Below are positions 1 to 11,467 of a DNA stretch of 64,000 nt, piece after piece. The DNA lies in the NCBI RefSeq assembly GCF_009834535.1, contig NC_045697.1, forward strand, positions 62,312,001 through 62,376,000. The letters are read 5' to 3'. Each line of letters starts with the position of its first letter. The first letter of the stretch is position 1. The position numbers and the translations under genes are program-made. The notes below the pieces were generated by a model, which saw only the letters and a program-made list of their open reading frames with translations, ran no database searches and was not told the origin of the DNA. Source of the stretch: Camelus ferus (taxonomy: Eukaryota).

Positions 1-1411
1 CTGTCATGGGAACAGCCAGGAAACCCACTACTTGGTGGAGATCCCTGAGAAAGTGTGATTTTTTAAAAATCTGGACTGTACTTAAGTTTCACCAGCCTTT
101 TTCATTGTACTCACAGAAGCAGCAGCTGGTCTACCAGCACTCATACTACCTTTCTCATCCTACGTTTTCTGTATAACTGCTATGGCTTTGGACTCACAAA
201 ATGATATTCTGTATAACTTGAAGGAGAAATTATGCCTCCTAATTTCAAATTTGCAATTTCCAAATATCATTTACAGCTCTGACATATAAACACCAACCAT
301 CTATTAAAAAAGGTTTTCTTCAAGGATATGACTTAACACTGTACAATTACGAAGGAGTTGTACCCAAAGCAGACCAAATAATTTTACTTATGGTTGCTAT
401 TTGAGATAAAAATCCATTCAATATAGAGCCTAGTGGTTTATTTACTGAAAAGTTCAAACTGAAAGCTGTGAATTCAATTCATCCATTTAAAATAAATTAC
501 TTATATGAAATACAGATTCTGGCATAGATATAAGATAATAAAATCAATATCTATGGACTGAACCTGCATATTTCATTTGCTCACAAATTTGCACACACTA
601 AAAAAGACAATTGCAGCAAAGGAAAAAGAAAACTGCCCTTTTGCAAACAAGACTAAAAAGCATCCCTCCAAAGAGGAAAAAAGAAACATGCATATATATG
701 TATAAAGTGTTACAATACAAATGCTATTTCTAGAAAAATTTAACTGCATAGGTTAAAAACAACAACAATGTGCAATATCTTAAGCCATTAAAGCACCAAA
801 AAAAAAAAAAAAAAACCCACCAAAATCATTGTTTTTGTAACAATTAACATACACAAATAAAAACATTGATCAAAACTCAGGAAGTAAATACCTTGACTGA
901 CGTAATGTCCATTGCTGGGAGAATTTCTCTTCACTTTAAATGTCTCTTTTCATCACTAAAACAATTTTAAAGTGCTAACTTTATATAAAGCAGGGAAATT
1001 CTTCAAGTAATTTGCTTTTTAAGTATGCCAATTTGTATAGAGCTAGACAAGGAACTAAGAATAAACAAAAGTGAAAGAGGAAGATAGACATGGGGAAAAA
1101 ACTGACAAGTTATATCTGGACAAAGCAATAGAATGCTCTATCCAGTATCACCTGGGCCTTCCTGGTTCAATTAAATGCATAAGCTAACAGATTTAGGTGT
1201 CTGCTGGTTTAACACACTGACTCCCTTGGATTTACTAAAATTTACACATCAATAGGTATACAGAGTCCTAAGGAAAAGAGTGCCACTTAAAAATCAAGAT
1301 TGAACACTTATTAAAGCAATTTTAAAAACAAAAAGTTGTCTACAACTACAAATGAAGATAAAATGTCATAGACCTTACAAATTAAGAACTGAAGCCTTCT
1401 CCAAAGTTTAA
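1..1411 (-). other. REST: REST 3' UTR (probably continues beyond the window)
   Basis: AT-rich, apparently repeat-free sequence right after the stop codon. U-tract at about 818-836. One AATAAA at 437-442 (minus strand). Confidence 0.75.
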
Positions 1412-3363
1412 TTACTCCTGCCCTTGAGCTGCCTTTTCAAGGAAGTACACATTAACCAAATGGCGATTGAGGTGTTTGCTGTAATCTTTCTCCTTTCTAA
1501 AAGACCGATCACAGAAGATACAAACAAAATCTCCCTCAGTCACCTTGACTGCCGAGGCTTCCTTTGCATTCTTTCTACTAGCTTCTTGTGGAACTTGCCG
1601 AGCCCCATTCAATCCAGAATCATCACTATCCTCTGACAAATTGTCACTTAGGTCACTTCCGTCGTGACTATGGATGCCTTCGTCTTCATCCATTTCCTGA
1701 GACTCATTTACTGCCATGGTGACAGGAGGTGATGCCATAGCAGTTTTGGACACTGCCTCATGTTTCTCCAGTGGCAGAGGAAGAAGCGGTGGTGGAACTG
1801 GATCTTCAACTGCTGGGTCTCTGCCAGAGGGATTCTCTGTTTTGTTTTCCTCAGTGTCCACTTCCATTTCACAAAGCACAGTGTCAGCCTGATGTCCACC
1901 ATCTGAAGTTTCACCCTCTGGCAAATTCAAGTTCTTTTCAGAGGATGAAATAGGGGCAGATTCCTTGGTAACAGCAGCAACACCAGCTAGACTCTTACCT
2001 GCATCTTCTGCTTCCACTTTTTGAAGAGGAGCTTCTTTATTTCCTTCGTCTGCAGTGAGTAATTTTTGGTCTTTTGACTCTTCTTCCTTTACGTTTTCCT
2101 TTGGCAGAGGTGGTGACGGTGCTAAGAGATCCTGTGTACCGGTGCTTTCCTTTAGAAGCGGCCTATCTGCAACAGGCACTAAGCCAACTTCAATAAGGAC
2201 CTGCTCTTTCTGTGCCACTTCACCCTGCATGTTGGACTTTTCCTTCTTATTATCTTTTCGAGGAGACCTTTTGGGGATCGGCTCCGTGGGAGGAGGAGGC
2301 TCCATCTCAACAAGCCCCTTCTGAACAATCTCGACCTCAGCAGGCCCCATGGGAAGAGGAGGCTCCATGTGCACAGGCCCCTTCTGAACAACCTCGACCT
2401 CAGCAGGCCCCACGGGGGGAGTTGCTTCCGCCTGAACAGGCCCCACCTGAACAGGCCCCGCCTGAACAGATGCCATGGGAGGCGGAGGCTCTATCTGCGC
2501 AGGCCCCACCTGCACAGGCTCCATCTGAGAAGGCCTTCTCTGAACAGTCTCCCTTTGAGCAGACTTGCTGCTTTTTTTACATGATTTATTTTTCAGAGTC
2601 TTCTTTTTTGTACTTTTTTTCATACAAATATTTTGCTCTTTATTCTCATCTATTTTGCTGTCACCCTTCGGCACTTCCTGAATATTTCTTGACTTGCTTT
2701 CTGCCTTCTTTTTCTTTTTTGTCACAGGTTCCTCATCATTAACAGGATCTTGCAAGGAACGGGCTTCAGCTTCCATCTTCCTTTTGCTTTTCTTGGTTTT
2801 AAAGGTTTTTTCTGAGTTATTTCCTGTATGCATGTCCATTTCTTTAGTTTCTGTGGCTGATTTGCGAGTTCTGGTAGCCATGTGGGTTGAGGCACTACTG
2901 TAAGGCTTTTTCTCTTTTGAAACATTATCTTTTTTCTCCACTTTTACAGACCTCTCGTTTTTCTTCCCAGACACATCCCCCTTTACTTTCGTCTGCTCTT
3001 TTTCTGTTTTCTCATCAGTAATTTTGTTACCAGGCAAGTCAGCCTCTCGCTTTTTGGTTTTCTTTAGTTTCACTTTTGAGACATCCATTGTTTTATCAGG
3101 GCAAGTAGGATGCTTAGATTTGAAGTGATATTGCAGATTGCACTTCTTGGAAGCTGCATAGTCACATACAGGGCAATTGAACTGCCGTGGATTCACATGC
3201 AGCTCTACGTGTTTTTTGAAATTACTTCTATCTGCTGTTTTGTAGTCACAGTGTGGGCAGTTAAGAGGTTTAGGCCCATTGTGAACCTGTCTTGCATGGC
3301 GGGTTACTTCGTGTTGATTAGAGGCCACATAACTGCACTGGTCACACTTAAATGGCTTCTCAC
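1412..3363 (-). CDS. REST: REST last coding exon: fingers 6-8, Lys-rich and Pro-rich regions, degrons, C-terminal finger 9
   Basis: Acceptor ccttcag|GT GAG AAG. Ends FVCIFCDRSF...HLNRHLVNVY...QGQE-TAA. Joined CDS 895+84+1952=2931 nt, i.e. 976 aa plus stop. Confidence 0.98.
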
Positions 3364-4224
3364 CTGAAGGTAAACAAGAGATGTTACAGAAGACATACAT
3401 GAAGAAATGAATTCAAGATTTATTCAATTATACTTACAAGGAATTGGATACATGTAAAAAAACAAACAAAAAACCACAAAAACTACTTCTTGAAGACTTT
3501 ATCATGCAATTTACATTCACCATATTTATTTGTATATCTTTTCTCTATCCCTTGACATTGATTCTCACACCAAATGGAGGAATAATTATCTCAGTTAATC
3601 CTCAGCTTCTAAAAAGGTCATCAAGCTAGGGTTCTCAAGTACTAGTAAAGAACACAGATTCATCAAGAAGTACACAACAATTATTGGCAAAGTTACTTGG
3701 GCTTCTGATGTTAAATTTTGGGGCAAGGATACTCGAAGAGAGAGACAATTTTTAATTTTTTATGTTTAGCTAAAACAAATGTATAATGGAATAGAATATA
3801 AAATTCCCATAATTTAAGATAAACCTTGACACTTCAAAAGAAATATCTTACATTCTAGGCTAAATACCTTTAGCTTCCATGTCAGTTTTAAAACAATCCT
3901 TTGGCCTCAGGAAGCAAATGGCTTTTTCTCTAAATTTAACTCATTCATCTGTCCATTGTGGCAAGAGCTGAGTCAAGTTTCACTCAGCAAACTTTTCCAA
4001 TGACAGTCACTACTTTACAGCAAAAATACAGAGAAATCAGAAATCCGTTCTTGATTTTTTTCCCCACCTTCTTCTAAAGAATGGGCAAAGAAACTAAGTA
4101 AATGAAAAGGGGCATACAAATAGATATGGTATGTAAAATAAGCAAAGAAAGTCATAATCACAGGTACATACAAGACCAGAAGCCCCCAACCCCGAATTAA
4201 AGGTATAAGATTAACTCATTCTAC

Positions 4225-4286
4225 CTGAATACATACCCATCTAGATCACACTCTAGTAAATATTACCAAATGGTATCCATACCCCA
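4225..4286 (-). other. REST: REST neural-specific alternative exon N (REST4/sNRSF poison exon)
   Basis: ccag|TGGGGTATGGATACCATTTGGTAATATTTACTAGAGTGTGATCTAGATGG|GTATGTATTCAG|gtag. Encodes VGYGYHLVIFTRV-stop. Two acceptors and two donors give 62/50/28/16-nt forms. Two TGC motifs lie upstream. Confidence 0.93.
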
Positions 4287-5866
4287 CTGGTCCAACGGAA
4301 TGCATAGCAGAAAAATGGAAATTGACATTTATGAAAATTCATCTCTCAAACATTCTCAAATTCATATCAAATCTTATTTTTTTCATAAAGCAATAATACT
4401 CAGACATTAAGTAAAACCATGTAGATGGTAAGCTTTACATGATTAGAAAATGTTTGATGATAAAATACTCTATCACAAAAACAGAAACTTACCTAGGTAT
4501 GTCAGACTGAGTATGAAGCTAACTGGACAACCCTTTTCCACATTTGTCCACTGATTCATAAACAGAGGTTTCTAACAACATGCTACATTACTCTATACTT
4601 GGCTCTACCTTGTCCTCTCCATTGAATGATTTCAGTGGAGACAAACATTTTTGCTTAGCATATAGACACAGAATGGGGAAAAGATATGTGGCACAGATGT
4701 TAAGAACTTGTTCTACAGTAAGAATATTTAGGGCGGTGGGGGGCAAATATAGGCTCTGCAACTTACTATGAGATCTTCAGCAATCTACTGAAAACTCCTT
4801 TTATAAGGCTCGATTTCCTCATCTGTAAAATACTCTTAGGTGTTATGGGCTATAATCTAATCCACATACAGCACTTAGCATAGAGTGGATAGCCAACCAG
4901 TCACTATGCATTACCTGTAAGTCATCACTTTTGGAATCAACTGGTAATTTTCAATATGGGTAAACAAGAGGGACGATTTCATGTGTTCATCTTGCCTTAC
5001 CATATTAACCCTACCTCTGAGTAAATAAATAACTGGTGAATGGAATTTATCTCTTTAGGAAAATATTTGTGCTCATAAAAGAATTATAATGAAAATGTTG
5101 CTATTTTAAAAGCCCTAATGAATAAGGGTATTTACAGAGCCAGCATCAAGCAAGGTGCAAGCCTCCACCTGTGAAATGGTCAGGAAATGGAAATTTACAG
5201 GACTCTTTAAACTTTGATGGCATCATTTACTTGCTTCATTCATCCTGCCTCCATTTTTGTTTTATTACCATTAAATCTTTCTTGCATTAGAAGATCTAGT
5301 CATCAAGTGTAGTTTATTAATACCTAGCTGAATATAATTTCTTTTGCCCTGAACCAGATCCAGCAATATTTACTAGTTTTTCATCTTTATAAATGTGGTC
5401 AGATGTCTATTTAATTCTTCCCAAATTAATTTATAGATGTAAGGCAAATTCAAAAAGGGAGTTTTACAAGCTTTATACATTCTCATCAAGAACAGCCCAG
5501 AAAGAAAAACATGGGAACTTATAAATTAAAAAGTAATGGGGGCCATACTACTCAGCAATAAACACCAAGTTCTGATAACATAGCAAGAGATAAATCTCAA
5601 AAACATTTTATAGAAGCATGTTTTAATGCTTTTTGACAGAAGTCAGAGTATCAGCTGGTGGGGAGACTATGAGAGTACTGACTAAAAAGGGTAAGAAGGG
5701 AACATTTCTGAGGGTGGTAGAAATGTTTCATATCTTCACCTAGGTGGTAGTCAAACATATATAAAGGAGAAAACATACATAAAGTCACTGACCTGTATAC
5801 TTAAGATGTGTGCATTTTCATGTGTGCAAATTAAACTTAATAAAATGCTGTTTAAAAAATTATTCT

Positions 5867-5995
5867 GGGGGGGGAAGTACAGCTCAAATGGTAGAGCGCA
5901 TGCTTAGTGTGCATGAGGTCCTGTGTTCAGTCCCCATGTACCTTCTCTAAAAATAAATAAGTAAACATTACCTCCCCACAAAATTAAAAAAAAAA
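5867..5995 (+). mobile_element. tRNA-derived SINE (camelid Vic-1-like)
   Basis: A-box/B-box-like head (cagctcaaatggtagagc...tgttcagtcc), AT-rich tail, approximate TSD aaa(a/t)ttattct. Confidence 0.85.
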
Positions 5996-7111
5996 TTTAT
6001 TCTAATATTCACAAAGACTCTCAAACCATAACATGTTTCAAATGACCCAACTATTATAATACTGCCTCCATAATAACCATCAAATATTTGGTGAAAGAAA
6101 ATTTTTTTTTGCTGAAAAATATTTTTCTATCTTAAAAATAGTAGTCAACGGTGGAACTTGGCAAGTTGTTAATTTCCCTTAGCAAACATCCATTGTGCTC
6201 ATAATGGGAAAATATTCAAAATGAACTCCTATGCTAGCAGGGTGGGAGAACTATCCAGTGTGATACCTACAAAGATATCATAATGGCAAACACAAACTGG
6301 ATATATTTCTCCCACTACAAAATACTTCAGCCAGAATGAAACGGTAGCATATCTGCTGGGAATTGTGGATCATGTCAGGATCTCTAGGACTACCCAAGGG
6401 TCAAAATGAAATAATTATTCATTCAAGATCACCTATGCTAATACTGACTTTTTAACCTTGCCGCCTACATACCTTGACAATGGGGCTCAATTCTGGTTGG
6501 TGATGATCATGATTATTTCAGTCACTGGAGTAGATGAATTTCCCACTTGTTACAGTCCTGCATTTTACCTATTTTAAGTTAATAAACTGGGATCCTGGAT
6601 TATCTATCATTCTTTAAAGTCTGGCTTTCGTGAATCAGTCCTCAGAAGCCCTATCAATTCTCAAGGGAACAAACCTAAATTTCAGGACCTGAGCAGCTAA
6701 GAAGGAACCCCTGAAACCCAGCAACTAAAACTTGGTTTTGTACTGTGTGGTGGGGGTGGAACAGTCGGGTAGGGGAGTGTAAGACGGTAGGAGTTACTCA
6801 GAAAAGATGAACCGTGGTCAGTTTCTCTTAGTCATGGAAATTGCTGAAGATCTGATGACAATTAAAAACTCTCCTCCCAGAAAAAATGCACATACACATT
6901 TATATTCAGTTTTAGAGGTTCCACCAATGGAATCCATGCTTAAGAATCTCCATTTAAATACAGCACTACAGTAGTAGAACATTAATTTTTAACTCCAATT
7001 TCAAAATTATATTACAAATAAACCATTAATAAGCTCCCAGCTCCAAATCTAGAACTTTCTTATGATGGTAGCTTACTGAAAAATGATAGGAAAGTTCCAT
7101 TTCTTACCAAC

Positions 7112-7195
7112 CTGAATGAGTACGCATATGTCTGGTTAGATGAGTCTTCTGGGAACTAGAGTAAGGACAAAGTTCACATTTATATGGGCGTTCTC
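7112..7195 (-). CDS. REST: REST 84-nt zinc finger 5 exon ([28 protein letters not shown])
   Basis: Hand translation gives one full C2H2 finger. Acceptor tttttgcag| and donor TCAG|gttggt. Phase 1 on both sides keeps the frame. Too short for the ORF track. Confidence 0.97.
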
Positions 7196-7280
7196 CTGCA
7201 AAAATATAATGATTAGTATTCATATATCATATGCCAGTGATTTTTGGCAAAAATGTCATCTTTTAAAGTAGGTTTTGTAA

Positions 7281-7419
7281 AATATGAAAACCGATATATG
7301 TATGTATATGCATGACTGGGACATTGTGCTATACATCAGAGACTGACGTTGTAATTGACTGTACTCCAATAAAATCAATCAATCAATCAACCAACCAATC
7401 AGTTAAGGAGGGGAAAAAA
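7281..7419 (+). mobile_element. 5'-truncated L1 3' end
   Basis: L1 3' UTR motif tatatgcatgactg...gtactccaataaaa plus A-rich tail, flanked by TSD-like aaagtagg(t/a)tttgt. Confidence 0.75.
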
Positions 7420-7435
7420 AAAGTAGGATTTGTGA

Positions 7436-7726
7436 GACACAGATAACTAACTTATGGTTACCACAGGGGAAGGGGGTGGGAATGGATAAACTGGGAGTTC
7501 AGGATTTGCAGATACTACTATATATAAAATAAATAAACGAGTGTATACTGTATAGCGCAGGGAACTATATTCAATATCTTGTAGTAACCTATAATGAAAA
7601 AGAACATGAAAACAAATATATGTATGTATATGCATGACTGAAACACTATACTGTACACCAGAAATTAACACAACATTGCAAACTAACTGTACTCCAATTT
7701 AAAAAAAAGAATGCAAGGAAAAAAAA
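7436..7726 (+). mobile_element. 5'-truncated L1 3' end
   Basis: aacttatggttacca...gggaactatattcaatatcttgtagtaacc...A-tail, flanked by TSD-like gatttgtga. Confidence 0.85.
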
Positions 7727-10007
7727 TAAGTTCGATTTGTGAACTGGTATAATATTAAAACAACAAAATGAAAAATCTTTTGATTGAAGACTCAGATGAA
7801 AATCCTCACTCTCCCACCATGATAATGACCTAAAAAAAGTGATTTGGAACTTTCAATCTTAGTTGTATGCGATCTTGGGCACACTGTTGCAGGCTTTCAA
7901 GCCTAAAGTTTTCCTCTCAGTGTACACTTACCCTGTTTTCCTCAATAAATTATAAATTATTCTGAAGATTAGCATAGAAGAAAGCACTTAACAGCACTCG
8001 ATAAAAGAACATAAGAAATCCACTAAGCAAATCTTACAGTAGGCTACCACCTAAGTGAGAAATGAGAAACATGTGATTGCTACTGATGATCATTTCTTTT
8101 CTCTGCTCTTCAGCACTCGGTGAATTTTTCTGTAAATACAATTTTCAGAACTATCATTTAATCAAAGTACTGTCCTATACACCACCAAATTTTTTAAAGT
8201 GTTAAAAAAAATCACAAATAGGTAATAATACTAGGGGAAAAACCTTTTTATAAAGTATTAAGACCAAATAAGTCTAAGACTAAAAAGTGAAATGACATAC
8301 ATACAATCAATATTAGATACGTAAGTCATAAACTTATTGTGGAATTATCAATCTTAAAATAATGTGGAGAAAAAGTTAACTAATGGATGATACAGTATAT
8401 AAAATAAGCCATTAAAATTAGTCACCTAGACTGTACTTAGATGAAAATTAACCACTGTAACAAAAAAAATTTAAGAAATAGCAAAAAGTAGAGTTCCTGT
8501 TTAAAAAAAACCTTTTCCATAAAAAGTTGGAACTAGACATCAAAACAGAAACTTGCCCAGTTTTCTTTTCTTTTTATTTTCATTCTAGAAATGTTCTTAA
8601 GTCAACAAATTTAGGTTTAGTGCTGAAAGCATTTTTAGTTTTTTGGGAAAAATTTTACATTGTTCAGTGACTCAACAATTTTGAATTATCAAAATAGAAC
8701 ACCAAAAAAATTAAAATTTAATAAGACAAAGGAAATGGATGGCTGGTAATATTCTTTATGTTGATTTGCATGGTGATTACAAACACATATATTTATAATA
8801 ATTCTTCAACTATACTTCAATCAAAAAAATTCATCAAAGTGTACACATAAAAGTCACACATCTTACCATATGTCATAGTTACTATCTGAGAGCTCTACAG
8901 ATTACAGCCAATTCTAAATTAGGCCCCAAGGTTTTCAAAAACCTGTTAAGGGAATATGAAGTACTTATGACTAAAGTATATACGGTATCCGACATTTGGT
9001 TTAAGATATTATAGGTTAGGTTAATTTAATCTAACAGTTTGCTTTAATTAATCTGTTAAATGATTAATGGTATAGGATTCCCAAGTAACTTTCATTTTTT
9101 ATGCCACGTAATTTTGAAGTGTTTAAACTTTTTTACTTTTGAAATAAAATGGTTTCAAAGTCTAGAGACAATTCAATCACAGGTTACAACAAATTCCAAA
9201 CAGACTGCAAATGACTAGAGTTTAAAGCTTTATATTACACAGAAGCCATCTGCTGGGGCTTAGAATCCTGTTGAAAATATCTTTCTTGTAATGGAATTTC
9301 ATCTGCAAGTTTTATTGTTTATGTCTACCATTTAAATAAAGCAACATCAATTCCCCTCCTCACTATGACCCACTTAGCCTGGGGTTCAGTCCCACAGAAT
9401 GATTAACTCCTGCAAAAGGGAACCTGATGTAAACAGCATCCCACAGCCCCCTTTCACCTGTGATGCAAAAAATACACTACTACATTACCCTACCCATTTT
9501 GTTCAGACCAGTAATCAAAGGTATCAATTCGTAACAGGAAAATGTACTGTAAATAAGAAAATTACCTATAAATAGCTACCAATGTTTCTTTTAAATAAGG
9601 AGATTCCTGAATTGTAAAGATCTGAAAGTCAATTTAAAAGGAAATAATTAAGGGCTGATGGGAAGAAAAGGGAATGACCACTGATGGGGTTCCTTCTTGG
9701 GGTGAGGATGTCCTAAAACTGATTGGGGTGTTGGCTGCATAATTCTGTGAAAATACTAAAACCAATGCATTCCAACTTTAAATGGATGAATTCTGTCGTA
9801 GTGGAGTACATCTTAATAAAGTTATTATGTTTAAAAAATGAATTCTCAAATGTGACAAAATACTGATAACTTAAGTATAGGTGATGGGTACCCATGGGTG
9901 CAGTGGGGCATTCTGTTTACTTCTGAAGTGTTTGAAATTTCTCACATTTTTAAGATTGTTCCATTTTTTGAATAGAGTACACTTATAAAGGAGAAAGGTC
10001 CTCTTAC

Positions 10008-10902
10008 CTGTATGAGTTCGAACATGCTGAACATAATTGTTTTTTCTGTCTGAAAAATAGTTGCATTTTCCACATGTGTACACTTTCCTTGGAAAATGGT
10101 TTCTCAAGTGTTTCCTCCAGTGATATTCGCTTACTGTGGTGTACGTGCAAATGATGCACTTGTAGACTCGCTCATTATCCCCGGCTCTGGTGTGGTGTTT
10201 CAGGTGAGCGGTATAGTGATCATATCGATTGGTATTGTAGCCGCAGCGGTCACAGCGGATGGGGCCCTTGGAGAAATCTCCCTCTTCTGCAGTGGAAGAG
10301 CTGGATTCCCTGCCTTTTGCTTGTTTCTCTGCACTTTCTTCCACAAAAAATTTCTTGGCACTATGAACTCGGATGTGATGCACAAACTGTTCTTCAGATT
10401 CTGCTTCATATTGGCATGGTTTACAGCGAAAAGGTTTGGTCTTCAAGTTCTTGCATTTGTCCTCTGCTACAGGTGCTTCCGGAGGAAGATCTTTATTTGA
10501 GCTGTATGTTTCTGGGGCAGCTGACACCTCAAACACAGGCTGTGGCTCCACAACACCGAGTTCCAAACTTTCCAGTTCCATGTTTTCCAGTCCATTGTGC
10601 TCGCCTTTTGCTTCAGGAGACTCCTCAAGTCCTTCTCCATCACTATCTGAAAAATTATTATCCCCAACAGGCATCAATTCTGCCATCTGTCTTTCTTCGC
10701 CAACCAGGTAATCACAGCAACTGCCATTTACTTCCCCAGTTAGGGCCACATTTGCCAACATGATGAGCTGAGGCGCAGCCAGTTCTGCTCTGGAGAGATC
10801 AGGCAAGTCGTACATGTCGTTAGGCAAGGCCATGCCGATGCTACCACTGCTGGGGAACAGCCCTCCTCCTCCGGAAGATTGTCCCATTACCTGGGTGGCC
10901 AT
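10008..10902 (-). CDS. REST: REST coding exon 1 (exon 2 of gene): N-terminal repressor domain and zinc fingers 1-4
   Basis: MATQVMGQSSGGGGLF...APQLIMLANVALTGE...C2H2 fingers. Acceptor tgcag|AACACAGTT-ATG (exon starts 10911). Donor ACAG|gtaaga at 10007. 895 nt, phase 1. Confidence 0.98.
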
Positions 10903-11467
10903 AACTGTGTTCTGCATTCAAAGCAAAACAAAAAAACACAAAAGCACCACTTTAAATACAACTTTTACTGGTCTAAAACCAAATCATCACTGTAATTCTT
11001 TGTAACTTAAATACATTTTCAGATATAATCTTTAAACTCAATCAGCTTCATTACTGAAAATAAGCCTTTAAAATATATTTTAATTCTAAATTCTCTTTAC
11101 TGCTGTCATGGAGAAAATTTCTATAACCTCTACAAAAAATTCTATTAATTGTTCAACACAATTCATCTACCAACTAGGTCTACTACTGGCGTGCCTTCCC
11201 TCGAACACTTTTCATTTTTCCGATGGAAAAATATAAGTAACCTTCATTATTAGTGTTAATTAAAATTATATTTTACATTCTATGCATGAATAGTAAACTG
11301 CTGTCCTCTCAACTCCTCTTTCAGCAGTTTCCTAGTCTGAATCAAAAAAGGGAGAAATCCAAAAGCCATCTATGCATTTATTAAGTACAGTGAAAGCAGA
11401 AGCCTATCATCTTTGGTCAGTGAACTGAAGTTCATATGAACTCAATTAACTCCAAAAGAATAAACTA

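Noticed and set aside
1424..3367. Antisense and alternative-frame ORFs over REST exons (also 10096-10763)
   Set aside because: Shadows of the REST coding sequence and its internal repeats.
3364..3400. N-terminal MYVFCNISCLPS of the 662-aa ORF
   Set aside because: Intronic read-through upstream of the acceptor at 3364-3365.
9871..10007. C-terminal tail of the 348-aa ORF (KRTFLLYK...)
   Set aside because: Intronic sequence after the GT donor at 10007. It would be translated only if the intron were retained.
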